NCBI GenBank assembly: GCA_028282585.1
Contig: JANQHR010000080.1
Location: 13,312-77,311, forward strand
Direction of reading: 5' to 3'
Length of the DNA stretch: 64,000 bases
Source of the DNA: Bacteroidales bacterium
GTDB taxonomy: Bacteria > Bacteroidota > Bacteroidia > Bacteroidales > UBA12077
How positions within the stretch are numbered: the first letter of the stretch is position 1; the number at the start of each line of letters is the position of its first letter. The notes under the pieces were generated by a model. The model was not told the DNA's origin and made no database searches. It saw only the letters and a list, made by a program, of their open reading frames with translations. This document shows, piece after piece, positions 50,088 to 61,800 of the stretch. Made by a program: the position numbers and the translations under genes.

Positions 50088-50155
50088 GAAGCTGTTTAAA
50101 AGTTATAAATATTTATAATTATGAAAATCAACATATTAGATTTTTGAACAGCTTC
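50088..50155. repeat. 68-bp element with 14-bp terminal inverted repeats (terminator or MITE relic)
   Basis: GAAGCTGTTTAAAA ... TTTTGAACAGCTTC (13/14 match), followed by a T run. Confidence 0.55.
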
Positions 50156-50323
50156 TTTTTATATTTTTATTATTCCAAACTGATTTTACTTTTAGTCAAG
50201 CAATCTTAAAGCATATTAGATAAAAGGCTAAAATTAATAAGTAAGACTTGATTTTAATAAGGTCTTTTTTGTATCTTGAAAATTTAAACAGAAACACTTT
50301 TCTCGTTTTATATTAAAAAAGAC

Positions 50324-51031
50324 ATGACTTCACAAGAAATTTTGGAACAACTTAAGGAATTTGGGAACGAGCAAACTAAAAAAGTTTTAATCAGGCATGG
50401 AGCGCAAGAACCTTTTTATGGTGTTAAAGTTCAAGATTTAAAAAAAATTCAAAAGAAAATTAAGAAAAACCACCATTTAGCACTTGAACTTTTTGATACC
50501 GGCAATTCAGATGCCATGTACCTGGCTGGTTTAATATCCGAACCTCAAAAAATGTCTAAAGAACAATTACAAGGCTGGGCTGAAAAAGCATATTGGTATT
50601 ATTTAAGTGAATATCCTGTTGCCTGGACCGTTGCAGAAAGTAACTATGGCTGGGAACTTGCTTTGGAATGGATAAAATCCGATAAAGAAAATATTGCTTC
50701 GGCAGGTTGGGCAACTCTTTCATCTATCCTTGCAACTAAAAATGATGAGGAAATAGACCTAAAAAAAATTGAGGAATTACTAGTGCTTATTGCCGAAACT
50801 ATCCATAATTGCCAAAACCGGGTAAAATATACAATGAATGGCTTTGTAATTTCGGCCGGTTCGTATGTAAAGGGCTTAAATGATAAATCTAAATCTGTAG
50901 CCGAAAAAATTGGTAAAGTAGACGTTGAAATGGGTGGTACAGCTTGTAAAGTCCCTCTGGCAAAAGAATATATAGAAAAAGTAGAAGCAAAAAATAAAAT
51001 CGGAATAAAACGTAAAACTGCATTTTGTTAA
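50324..51031 (+). CDS. DNA alkylation repair protein (AlkD-like)
   Basis: RHGA.EP.YGVK..DLK, LALELF.TGN.DAMYLAG, V.V.MG.T.CKVP.A..YI.K. Confidence 0.85.
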   Translation: MTSQEILEQLKEFGNEQTKKVLIRHGAQEPFYGVKVQDLKKIQKKIKKNHHLALELFDTGNSDAMYLAGLISEPQKMSKEQLQGWAEKAYWYYLSEYPVAWTVAESNYGWELALEWIKSDKENIASAGWATLSSILATKNDEEIDLKKIEELLVLIAETIHNCQNRVKYTMNGFVISAGSYVKGLNDKSKSVAEKIGKVDVEMGGTACKVPLAKEYIEKVEAKNKIGIKRKTAFC

Positions 51032-51089
51032 AATTATTTTACTGGTTATTAGCAGTTGTTAATAAAATAGTGTTAATTTAAAAAGCATC

Positions 51090-51956
51090 GTGATGAAAAA
51101 TAAGTTCCTTCAATTCTACAAACTATTTTTTTTAAGTATTTTGTTTTTAAGTTTTGGTTGCTCTAGTAATAATGATGCAAATCCAAATGATACCAACGAA
51201 GAATTACCTAAATTATATTCATTTAAATTTAACGAATTCTATACAAAAGGAATAATCGACAATACTTTAAATAAAGTAGATATTTTCGGACCCTTTACAG
51301 ATGAAAATATAAAGGCGTTGACACCAATTATGATTATACCCGAAAATACCTCAGTTATTCCTCCTTCAGGAGTTTCAAATGACTTTTCTAGTATAGAACA
51401 AATCGAAGTTAGATCTGAAAACATATCCCGGACCTATCAATTAAACATGACAGCTAAAAGCAATTCAGGACTGATAATTCTTGATGCTCAAAACGCAAAT
51501 TTTCCTGCTTATAATGATAAAGAGGTATTGGATAATATTAATACTCTAAGAGAAAAGGCTAAAGATGCTGATCAACCCGTAATTTATATTCAACATACTG
51601 GTTCTGGTTTATGGAGAATAAATTCGGCGTCCTGGCAAATTCATGAGGCAATTCAGCCTGCTTCAGGAGATTATGTCGTTCAAAAATCTGCTATAAATGC
51701 CTTCGGTTCAAAAGATTTTATAGATTTAATTGATAGTCTGGAAATTTATAGATTGATTTTTGTTGGAACCAGAACAGAATTATGCATATGGGAAACAATG
51801 GTAACTGGGAGTTTACGAGGCTATCATATTGTTTTAATAAGTGATGCTCATACAACTAATGTCGATAACGCAGAAGAGATAATAGAGACTCATCATTCAA
51901 GATTTATTAGTGAAAAATATGGAGAATTAATATCAACCGATAATTTTATATATTAA
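51090..51956 (+). CDS. Lipoprotein with N-terminal beta-rich domain and isochorismatase/cysteine-hydrolase domain
   Basis: Lipobox SFGC; ILDAQN (Asp), QKSAINAF (Lys), GTRTELCI (Cys), SDAHTT. Confidence 0.8.
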   Translation: MMKNKFLQFYKLFFLSILFLSFGCSSNNDANPNDTNEELPKLYSFKFNEFYTKGIIDNTLNKVDIFGPFTDENIKALTPIMIIPENTSVIPPSGVSNDFSSIEQIEVRSENISRTYQLNMTAKSNSGLIILDAQNANFPAYNDKEVLDNINTLREKAKDADQPVIYIQHTGSGLWRINSASWQIHEAIQPASGDYVVQKSAINAFGSKDFIDLIDSLEIYRLIFVGTRTELCIWETMVTGSLRGYHIVLISDAHTTNVDNAEEIIETHHSRFISEKYGELISTDNFIY

Positions 51957-51961
51957 AGATT

Positions 51962-52462
51962 ATGAAGCTGACTTTACAAAAACTATTTACCATTCTTCTG
52001 CTGGGACTATGTTATTGGTCTTGCACTTCAGTACCAAATGAACCAAAAAAAATATCCCAGAAACACGAAACAGTATTTGATTCTGTTTTAGCACAAAAGT
52101 ATGGTGCTGATCAATATGGAATGAAGCCATTTGTTATTGCCTTTCTAAAGAGAGGACCTAAAAGGAGCAAGGATTCTACTGAGATTGCCAGACTGCAAAA
52201 AGCACATCTGGAAAATATTAACCGTTTGGCAGAAGAAGGAAAATTAGTTCTTGCAGGACCCTTTTACGGTGACGGTGATTTACGTGGAATTTATGTATTT
52301 GATGTCAGTTCAATCGAAGAAGCTAAAAAGCTTACTGAAACTGATCCAGCAATTCAATCCGGAAGTTTAATAATGGAACTTCATAAATGGTATGGAAGCG
52401 CAGCAGTTGCAGCAATACCTGATTTACATAAAAAACTTGAACAAGTAAATGTTGCAGAATAA
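51962..52462 (+). CDS. YciI-family exported protein
   Basis: GADQYGMK, AHLENI.RLA..GKLVLAGPF, TDPAI..G, WYGSAA. Confidence 0.85.
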   Translation: MKLTLQKLFTILLLGLCYWSCTSVPNEPKKISQKHETVFDSVLAQKYGADQYGMKPFVIAFLKRGPKRSKDSTEIARLQKAHLENINRLAEEGKLVLAGPFYGDGDLRGIYVFDVSSIEEAKKLTETDPAIQSGSLIMELHKWYGSAAVAAIPDLHKKLEQVNVAE

Positions 52463-52473
52463 AAATATAAATT

Positions 52474-52536
52474 ATGAAATATAACATTGTTGGTTGGTTC
52501 GAAATTCCGGTAACAAACATGGAAAGATTATTATGA
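52474..52536 (+). pseudogene. N-terminal stub of a VOC/glyoxalase-family protein
   Basis: MKYNIVGWFEIPVTNMER then a stop; WFEIPV..MERA is the usual VOC N-terminus. Confidence 0.7.
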
Positions 52537-53112
52537 TGATCCGGCTTTGGTAGAATATCTATCAACTTTAGGATTATTAAACTATGACGGTACTGAAAAG
52601 TATGTATGGAATCAGTTAAAAGAAGAATTTAAAGATAGTTTATGATGTTCAAATTAGTAATAATATCTAGATTTTATCGATTCTTTTATTATTTTTACGG
52701 CTTTTGGAGGTAATTCAATTTTGAAGCAGCCTATTTCCATAACTTATTGATTTATAAAAAAATAAGTCATTATAATTTAAAGATTGAATTGCTACTTGCC
52801 TTAATCAATTTCAATAAAAACTATTAAATTCTTGTCTTAACGACTTTTTTTTTATATTTTCTGAACAAACTAGCATTATTAAATAGGGAAAATGGTTTTT
52901 TAGTAATCTAATATTAACCTTGGTATTAAAATAGTACGCACACTGTATCAGAATTGTACAGTATTTCTAATTTTAAGGACAACTACAATATATATCAAAC
53001 TAGTAATTAATTAACAAAAAGGCGTAGAATATGTTTTATACTTTAGATTTTTCTTGACTTTGCTTTAGTCAAGCTTTTATTAATATTATTTATGAACCTA
53101 AAATTTTAGTCT

Positions 53113-56070
53113 ATGAAAAAATTATCAATCTTTCTGGCATTTTTGCTGTTTATAAGCTTTCAAGCTGCAGCACAAATGCAGATTACGGGTACTGTTACAG
53201 GTGCAGACGACGGTCTATCGATACCTGGTGTATCTATCTTTGTTAAGGATAATTCAGTAATTGGTACAACAACAGATTTTGATGGAAATTATACCTTAAC
53301 TGTTCCTAGCGATGCTGAAGCATTAATATTCAGCTTTGTTGGAATGAAAACTACTGAAGTATTAATTGAAGGGAGAACTGAAATTAATGTGCAGTTAGAA
53401 TCTGATGTTCTGGCAATGGATGAAGTAATTGTTGTAGGTTACGGTACACAAAGTAAAAGATTAATTACCGGATCCGTTGCTTCTGTAGGCGCTGCAGAGC
53501 TGGAAAATGAAGTTATACAAAGTGTTGACAATGCCCTGCAGGGTAGAATGACCGGTGTTAGAGTATTCTCAAATTCAGGTACTCCCGGAGGAGGAATATC
53601 AGTGCGGATAAGAGGTGCATCCTCAATTTTAGCAGGTAATGAACCCTTATACATTATTGATGGTGTTCCGATTAATACAGGTGATTATTCTCAAGAAGCC
53701 TTTGGGGGACAGGATTTAAATGCTACTACCTCTATTAATCCTAGTGATATCGAGGATATTCAAGTATTAAAAGATGCTTCTTATGCTGCTATTTATGGTG
53801 CCAGAGCCGCAAACGGAGTTGTTTTAATTACAACCAAGACAGGGAAATCTGGTAAAGCTAAGATTAATTTTAGTTTATCGACCGGAACACAACAAATGAT
53901 CAAGAAAAGGGATCTTTTAAATGCTGAACAGTATGTTTTAGCTATGAACGAAGCTTTATTTAATAGTTTTGGCTTTGTCGATTTTCTGGGAAGCCCTGAT
54001 GATTACGAAGCAGATACTGATTGGCAGGATGAGGTTACACAAGTGGCTCCCATATCAGAATATCAGTTATCGATAAGTGGAGGTAATGAAATGATTAACT
54101 ACTACGTTTCGGGTGGATATATGAATCAGGATGGTATTGTAATTGGTTCTGATTATGAAAGGATTTCTGGAAGAGTAAATATGGATGTTAAAGCAACAGA
54201 CAAATTAAAACTAGGAACCAGAATTCAAATGTCAAAGGAAAACATAAATCGTATTTATGGCGATAATAATGTTTATGCACCTTTGGCAAATGCTTATGCT
54301 GTAGAACCAATTGAACCTGTTTATAATGATGATGGAAGTTATAATACAGGTACTTTGTATGCCAATCCGGTTGCTATGGCAAAAGAACCGAAGCACTATA
54401 CTCAAATTTACAGAACGATTGGAAACTTATTCTTTGAATATGATATTATTGAAAATCTAACGTTTAAATCATCTGTTAATACCGATATCTTAAATTTAAG
54501 AGAAGATAGTTTTTTACCAACAGATATAGGACTTGCGGTTGGTAGTAACGGAGATGGTGTGTCAGGTAATTCAAATATTCAGCGTATTGGTTTGGAAGAA
54601 ACTTTAACTTATAGCTTGAATGTAAATTCGCACAATATGAAGGTAATGGCAGGTTTTAGTTATGAAGACAATAAAGAATTCTATACGCAAGTGCAAGCTA
54701 TTCAATTCCCATCTAATGATTTTAAATGGATTACTTCTGCAGCTGAAATTGACGGCGGTGATGCATTTACAACTTCTTATAAATTATCATCATTTTTTGG
54801 TAGAGTTCAATATGATTTTGATAAAAAGTATCTACTTCAGTTTATTTTAAGAGCGGATGGATCATCACGTTTCGGAACTAATAACAAATATGGATATTTC
54901 CCATCTGCTTCTGTAGCTTACAGATTATCTGAAGAAAATTTCATTAAAGATATTTCAGTAATAAGCGACCTAAAAGTTCGTTTCAGTTATGGTACAACAG
55001 GTAACCAAAATATTGGTAATTTCGCTTCTTATGGTTTATGGTCGTCAGGTAACAACTATCTTGGATTACCAGGAGTTGCACCAAATCAATTAGCAAATCC
55101 TGATTTAAGATGGGAAAAAACAACTACCATCGAAGGAGGTCTTAATGTTGGATTATTTAAAGATAGAATAAGCTTAGATCTTTCAGTTTATCAGAAAAAC
55201 ACTACGGATCTATTGTTAGAAAGACCACTTACAGGTGTTAGCGGATATACCGAAATTACAGAAAATATTGGAAAACTAGAGAATAATGGTGTTGAATTAG
55301 CAATAAATTCAATTAATTTTGAGACAACTTCAGGATTTAAATGGACCACAAACTTTAATATCTCATTTAACAGAAGTGAGATCACTGAACTGTATAATGA
55401 TGAACCAATAGATGCTGGTTTTGCAAATAGATATGCGGTTGGTCGTGCTTTTGGTGAGTTTTACGGATATAAATTCTTAGAAGTGAACTCAGAAACAGGA
55501 GATATGGTTTTTGAAGATCTGGATGGTGAACCCGGCATTACTGATGCGGATAGAACATTTATCGGAGATCCTAATCCTGACTATGAAGGTGGTATAACAA
55601 ACGTATTCTCGTTTAAAGGATTAGAATTATCTGCATTCTTCCAGTTTGTTCAGGGAAATGATGTTTATAATGCCGTTAGAACCTATTCAGAGGCTTACTT
55701 TTTCGATAACATGGAAACCAGAGTTTTGGATAGATGGCAACAACCTGGAGATATAACTGATGTTCCAAGAGCTGTTTATGCTAATCCGGATATTCAAAGA
55801 GTATCATCATATAAAATTGAAGACGGATCATTTGTAAGATTAAAGTCTGTTCGTATTGCATATAATTTACCTTCAAATTGGCTGGAAAGAGTAAAAATAA
55901 GAAGTTTCCAGATCTTTGCTACTGGACAAAACTTAGTTACCTGGACTGATTATAGTGGACCAGATCCGGAAGTAAACTATGCAGGTACAAATAATACAAT
56001 TATTGGAACAGATTTTTATACTTATCCTGTTGCAAAAACTTATATGTTCGGATTTAATTTAGGTTTATAA
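53113..56070 (+). CDS. SusC/RagA-family TonB-dependent transporter
   Basis: GTTTDFDGNY, EVIVVGYG, PLYIIDGVP, VLKDASYAAIYGARAANGVVLITTK, RADGSSRFG, NPDLRWEKT. Confidence 0.97.
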   Translation: MKKLSIFLAFLLFISFQAAAQMQITGTVTGADDGLSIPGVSIFVKDNSVIGTTTDFDGNYTLTVPSDAEALIFSFVGMKTTEVLIEGRTEINVQLESDVLAMDEVIVVGYGTQSKRLITGSVASVGAAELENEVIQSVDNALQGRMTGVRVFSNSGTPGGGISVRIRGASSILAGNEPLYIIDGVPINTGDYSQEAFGGQDLNATTSINPSDIEDIQVLKDASYAAIYGARAANGVVLITTKTGKSGKAKINFSLSTGTQQMIKKRDLLNAEQYVLAMNEALFNSFGFVDFLGSPDDYEADTDWQDEVTQVAPISEYQLSISGGNEMINYYVSGGYMNQDGIVIGSDYERISGRVNMDVKATDKLKLGTRIQMSKENINRIYGDNNVYAPLANAYAVEPIEPVYNDDGSYNTGTLYANPVAMAKEPKHYTQIYRTIGNLFFEYDIIENLTFKSSVNTDILNLREDSFLPTDIGLAVGSNGDGVSGNSNIQRIGLEETLTYSLNVNSHNMKVMAGFSYEDNKEFYTQVQAIQFPSNDFKWITSAAEIDGGDAFTTSYKLSSFFGRVQYDFDKKYLLQFILRADGSSRFGTNNKYGYFPSASVAYRLSEENFIKDISVISDLKVRFSYGTTGNQNIGNFASYGLWSSGNNYLGLPGVAPNQLANPDLRWEKTTTIEGGLNVGLFKDRISLDLSVYQKNTTDLLLERPLTGVSGYTEITENIGKLENNGVELAINSINFETTSGFKWTTNFNISFNRSEITELYNDEPIDAGFANRYAVGRAFGEFYGYKFLEVNSETGDMVFEDLDGEPGITDADRTFIGDPNPDYEGGITNVFSFKGLELSAFFQFVQGNDVYNAVRTYSEAYFFDNMETRVLDRWQQPGDITDVPRAVYANPDIQRVSSYKIEDGSFVRLKSVRIAYNLPSNWLERVKIRSFQIFATGQNLVTWTDYSGPDPEVNYAGTNNTIIGTDFYTYPVAKTYMFGFNLGL

Positions 56071-56075
56071 AAAAT

Positions 56076-57416
56076 ATGATTATGAAAAAAATAGTATATA
56101 TATTATTATCTTTTACGCTGGTATTTGCTAGTTGTGAGGATATTATAGAAGTAGAACCCACTGCTTCGTTCGATGCAGAGCAAGGGGTAATAACTACGGA
56201 AAGTAGAGCTGAATTAGCATTAAGCGGAATGTACGATGGACTTCAAAGTGCTGATTACTATGGAAACTATATTATTACTTATGGTGACCTACATACTGAT
56301 AATATGGATCATACTGGTACATTTGTTGCTAGTAAACAAGTCGATTTAAATGAAATACTTACTGACAACATCCTAATTTCGCAAATCTGGGATCAAATTT
56401 ATTATGTTATAAACATTGCTAATACTATTTATGCCGAGGTTCCAAACATAGATAATATTGAGCAAGAAACATCAGATAGAATGCAGGGTGAGGCATTATT
56501 TGTTCGTGCTCTTTCTTACCTTAACCTGGTAAAAAATTGGGGAGGTGTACCTCTTCAAATATTACCTGTTGTAACTACAGAAGACATTGAAAGATATACA
56601 AGAGCAACAGAAGCTGAGGTTTATACTCAAATTGAAAATGACCTGATGGAAGCCATCACCAAACTTGGAGATTATAACGCAAATGGACGTGCCAATGCTT
56701 GGGCTGCTAGAGCAATTTTATCAAGAGCTTACTTATACCAAGGTGAATATCAAAATGCTTATGATTATGCTGATGAAGTAATTGAGAATGGTCCATATAC
56801 CATTACAACTTCATATGCCGATATTTTTGATTTTACTACACCTTATTCATCAGAAAGCATTTTTGAGGTTGATAACACATCACAAGATGGTAACAGCCTT
56901 GCTTTTTGGTATTGGCCGGATGATTTAGGAGGAAGATACGAGTATGGAGTTTCTGCAGATTTAGAAGCTGCGTATGATCCTGCTGATCTAAGATATGCTG
57001 CTTCTATTGGTTTTTATTCTCCAACAGGTGAGTATTACATAACTAAATTTCAAGATGTAGCAAGCGGATCTGATAATATTATGGTAGTTAGGCTATCTGA
57101 AATGTATCTGACCAGAGCAGAAGCACTTGTTATGGGAGCTTCACCAACTGGTGCTGATACTAGATTGAGTGATTTTAATGTTACATATACAAGGGCAGGA
57201 TTGACAGCTTTTGCTGGTACCCTAACTCAAGACATGATTTTAGATGAAAGAAGATTTGAGTTTGCTTTCGAAGGTCATAGATGGTATGATTTAAAAAGAA
57301 CCGGAAATGCAATTTCTGTAATCCCAAGTGTAATATCAACTGACGATTATTTATGGCCCATACCGCAAGATGAAAGAGACGTTAATCCTAATTTAGAACA
57401 AAACGACGGATATTAA
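56076..57416 (+). CDS. SusD/RagB-family lipoprotein
   Basis: Lipobox FASC, GEALFVRA..Y..LV..WGGVP, RLSEMYL.RAEA, ERRFEFAFEGHRWYDLKR, WPIP..E...NPNL.QN.GY. Confidence 0.96.
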   Translation: MIMKKIVYILLSFTLVFASCEDIIEVEPTASFDAEQGVITTESRAELALSGMYDGLQSADYYGNYIITYGDLHTDNMDHTGTFVASKQVDLNEILTDNILISQIWDQIYYVINIANTIYAEVPNIDNIEQETSDRMQGEALFVRALSYLNLVKNWGGVPLQILPVVTTEDIERYTRATEAEVYTQIENDLMEAITKLGDYNANGRANAWAARAILSRAYLYQGEYQNAYDYADEVIENGPYTITTSYADIFDFTTPYSSESIFEVDNTSQDGNSLAFWYWPDDLGGRYEYGVSADLEAAYDPADLRYAASIGFYSPTGEYYITKFQDVASGSDNIMVVRLSEMYLTRAEALVMGASPTGADTRLSDFNVTYTRAGLTAFAGTLTQDMILDERRFEFAFEGHRWYDLKRTGNAISVIPSVISTDDYLWPIPQDERDVNPNLEQNDGY

Positions 57417-57438
57417 ACATGGTATAAATCATTAAATG

Positions 57439-57466
57439 AGGGCTGTCTAATTTGACAGCTCTCTTT
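57439..57466. terminator. Terminator between convergent susD and mnmA
   Basis: AGGGCTGTC-TAATTT-GACAGCTCT. Confidence 0.7.
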
Positions 57467-58631
57467 AATTTATAACACCTGATCCAAGTAGCTCTTCGCC
57501 ATCATACCAGGCTGCAAATTGCCCCGGAGCGATTCCTCTTTGAGGTTTATCAAATTTAATATATAAACCTTCCGGTTTTGAAATTAAAGTTCCATTTTGA
57601 AGGGGTTGGCGGTACCTGATTCTAACTAAAAAATCCTTAGAGTCTTCAGGCTCCAATTTTAAATCCGGACGTACCCAATGAGATTCTTCATTGGAAATAA
57701 ACAATGCTTTTCTATACAATCCAGGATGATCGTCTCCCCTGCCAACGAATACAATGTTCTCCACAACATCAACAGCAATTACATACATAGGTTTTCCAGT
57801 ACCGCCTATATTTAATCCTTTGCGTTGCCCAATGGTATAAAAGTGCGCTCCGCGATGTTCAGCAATTTTTTTACCTTCTTCCCTATTATATTTAAATGCT
57901 TTCGAAATTACTTCCAAATCACCCGTTAAATTTTTTCCTTCGTAATAGCTTTCCGGAATTTCAATGATATCACCTTTTTTTGCAGTTAGTTTTTGTTGTA
58001 AAAAAGTTGGCAGATCTACTTTTCCAACAAAACAGATACCCTGAGAATCTTTACGTGTTGCTGTTGCTAACTCTTTTTGTTCCGCTATTTCCCTGACTTC
58101 AGATTTTAAAAGTTCACCTATTGGAAATAAAGCTTTTGATATCTGCTCCTGGTTTAACTGGCACAAAAAATAACTTTGATCCTTATTGGGGTCTTTACCG
58201 GCTAGCAAACGGTAAATCTTCTTTCCATCAATAGTGACCGTTTCTTTTCTGCAGTAATGACCGGTTGCAACATAATCTGCTCCAAGCTTTAAACATTCAT
58301 CAATAAATATATCAAATTTGATTTCACGATTGCATAAAACATCCGGATTTGGGGTCCTTCCTTTTTCATATTCCGAGAACATATAATCTACAACCCTTTT
58401 TCTGTATTGATCACTTAAATCAACAGTATGCAAAGAAATATCCAGTTTCTTAGAAACCATTTCAGCAAAAAGTAAATCATCTTCCCACGTGCAATTACTG
58501 GTTAAAGTAACCGAAGCATTATCCCAGTTTTTCATAAATAGGCCAACAACCTCGTATCCTTGTTGTTTTAAAAGATATGCAGCAACACTTGAATCAACAC
58601 CCCCTGACATGCCTATTACTACCTTTTTCAT
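57465..58631 (-). CDS. mnmA: tRNA 2-thiouridylase
   Basis: GMSGGVDSSV, TPNPDVLCNREIKF, ATGHY, KDQSYFL, DSQGICF, PGQ. Confidence 0.98.
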   Translation of the reverse strand: MKKVVIGMSGGVDSSVAAYLLKQQGYEVVGLFMKNWDNASVTLTSNCTWEDDLLFAEMVSKKLDISLHTVDLSDQYRKRVVDYMFSEYEKGRTPNPDVLCNREIKFDIFIDECLKLGADYVATGHYCRKETVTIDGKKIYRLLAGKDPNKDQSYFLCQLNQEQISKALFPIGELLKSEVREIAEQKELATATRKDSQGICFVGKVDLPTFLQQKLTAKKGDIIEIPESYYEGKNLTGDLEVISKAFKYNREEGKKIAEHRGAHFYTIGQRKGLNIGGTGKPMYVIAVDVVENIVFVGRGDDHPGLYRKALFISNEESHWVRPDLKLEPEDSKDFLVRIRYRQPLQNGTLISKPEGLYIKFDKPQRGIAPGQFAAWYDGEELLGSGVIN

Positions 58632-58852
58632 CTATCTGATCCTCTCATAAATATTGGCTGCAAAGTTATTTATTTTTAAACAAAGTGTACAAGTATTTTA
58701 TCTAAATGATTCTCTTCAAACTCCCGGTTTCTGTCAAGCAAACTTTGGAAGTATAGACAAACAAATTAATTTTCGTTTTTTTAACTGTTGATAACATTAT
58801 TATTCAATCGATCTAAAAATCACTAATTTTATAAAACCGATTAAGTTAAAAA

Positions 58853-61800
58853 ATGTCTCAACTAACAATATATAAAGCATCAGCCGGATCAGGAAAGACT
58901 TTCCGGCTAACACAGGAATTTTTACATTTAATATTCAAATATCCGGAAAACTACCGCCGAATCCTAGCTGTAACCTTTACTAATAAGGCAACGGCTGAGA
59001 TGAAAAACCGAATTTTAAGTGAACTAAACAAGCTTTCAAAGGGGACTGAATCGGATTATTTAGAAAGACTAAAAAAAGAATTTGATTTATCGAATAAAGA
59101 AATCCAGGTAAAAGCCGGTAGAATTTTAAGCTCGTTATTACACGATTTTTCTAAATTCTCCGTAAGTACGATTGATAAATTCTTCCAAAAAATAATCAGG
59201 TCCTTTACTCGTGAAATTGGTATTCAACCTGGTTATTCTATTGAATTAAAACAAGATGAAGTCCTGTTAAAAGTTATTGATGAATTATTACTGGATTTAG
59301 ATGAAAACAAAGAATTAAAAGAATGGCTTTCAACAATAGCATCTGAAAAAATAGAACAGGGAAACAAGTGGGACTTTAAAGAAGACATTCAGAAACTTGC
59401 ACGCGAAATATTTAAAGAAGAATTTAAAGCCTTTGATAAGCAGCTAATTAAAAAGTTAAGTGACAAAGATTTTCTAAAAAAGTATATCCAGGAATTACAG
59501 CAGATTAAATCAAAATTTGAAAATAAATTAAACGATATCGCTTCCGGAGCTTTAGAAATAATAAAAACCAATGGGCTTGAAGTTATTGATTTTAAATGGG
59601 GAAAATCCAGTGTACCCAATTACTTCAATAAAATCATAGCTAACAGGGATTATGAACCAACATCACGAACCATAAAAGGAACAGAAAGCCATTCCGAATG
59701 GATTAATCAAAAATCTGATAAAAAGGATTTAATTAAGAATGTTCTTAATCAAGGTTTGTTCGAAATGCTGATTCAAGCTCTGGAGTATTTTGATAAGAAT
59801 AAAATATCATACTATTCTTCAATTGAGATCTTAAAATTTATTCATACGCTTGGAATACTAACTGATATTTCAGCTAAACTCAGGAAATTTACAGAAGACC
59901 AAAATATTTTTCTGATATCTGATGCCGCGCAGTTAATCCGGATTATTATTGATAATAATGAGTCACCGTTTATTTACGAAAAAACAGGTAATATCTATAA
60001 ACATTTCATGATAGATGAATTCCAGGACACTTCAAAAATTCAGTGGCATAACTTTAAACCATTAATTGGCAATAGCCTTTCTCAGGGAAGTAAAAACCTG
60101 GTAGTTGGTGATGTTAAACAATCAATCTACAGGTGGCGAAACAGTGATTGGGAAATTCTTTCGGATCAAATACAAAACGAATTTGCTCAGTACAATCCAA
60201 AAGCTGAAGCCTTAAAAATTAATTGGAGGAGTAAAAAAAACATCATACATTTTAATAATGCTGTTTTCTCATATTCCTCCCAAATTCTTCAACAACAATT
60301 TAATACAGAGTATAGTGATAACACTAATAATCCATACGAATTAAAAATAACAGATGCTTACAAAGATGTACTTCAAACTGTTTCTGGTAATGAAAAAGAA
60401 GGTGGATATATCAACCACACATTTTTAGATGAAAAGGAATATAGTTCGTGGAAAGATGAGGTTAAACTCAGGCTTCCGAAAATAATTGAAGAATTACAGA
60501 ACAAAGATTATCTGCTAAATGATATAGCCATACTGGTTCGGACAGCCAAAGAAGGTCAGGAAATTGCCAATACATTGATTGATTATAAAAATCAAAATAA
60601 CTCAAATTATAAATTCGATTTTATCTCGAATGATTCTTTATTTTTACAAAATTCATCCTTGGTAAAGTTTATATTGGCAGTGTTAGAATACATTTTAAAT
60701 CCTGAGGATGAAATAAATCTGTCCTTTATTGCATACGAATTTAATTGTTATTTGAAGAATGAAAATATATCCGGTTCGGAACTTCATAATAATTTAAAGA
60801 ATAAAAAGGAAGACACCGATTGGCATCGAAAAATATTTCCACGGGAATTTATCGATTCTCTGGATCAAATCAAACAACTCCCGATCTACGAATTAATAGA
60901 AAGAATAGTTAAAGTTTTTAAGCTGAATGAAATTCAAAAGGAATTGCCTTATTTAAAAGCCTTTTTAGACATCATACTTGATTTCAGTAAAAAATCAGCC
61001 TCGGACATTCATACATTCGTTAACTGGTGGAACGAGGAGGGCTATAATAAAACATTAACCGTATCGGAAAACCAGGATGCAATCCGTATTTTGACTATAC
61101 ATAGTTCCAAAGGGTTGGAATTTAAAAACGTAATCATTCCATTCTGTAATTGGGAAATTGATCATAAACCAACACAAACCAATATCTTGTGGTGTAAAAC
61201 AAATGAAGAACCATTCAATCAATTAGAGTTAATTCCTGTGAAATATTCTAAGAAACTTCAGAAAACCATATTTAATACTGATTATTTGAGCGAGAAATTT
61301 CATGCCTATGTTGATAACCTGAATTTATTATACGTTGCTTTTACCCGAGCAGAAAACAATTTATATTGTTTTTCTCCCATAAAAGAAAAGAAAAATGGTA
61401 TATCCAAAGTAAATGAATTGCTTTATTTTACGTATCAGAATTACAAGAATTTTGTCAGTAAAAATGACCTTATCGGTTTTGAAGATAATTGGAACAATGA
61501 AACGAAAACCTTTGAATTAGGAAACCTCAAAAAAATAGCTAAACAAGTAAAAGATTTACCCGGTGAAATAGAAATTAACCGATTTGAATCTTTTGATATA
61601 AAAAATAAACTAAGGTTAAAATTACATGATAATTCTTTCTTCACAGGGCAGGAAAATGCTCCATTCGAGAAAATAAATCATGGAAAAATGATGCATGAGG
61701 TGTTCGAAAATGTTAAAACGGAAGATGACATTTCAGACGCCATTGATAAACTCATCTTCGAAGGAAAAATCTCTCCAAATGAAAGAACTGAACTAATAAA

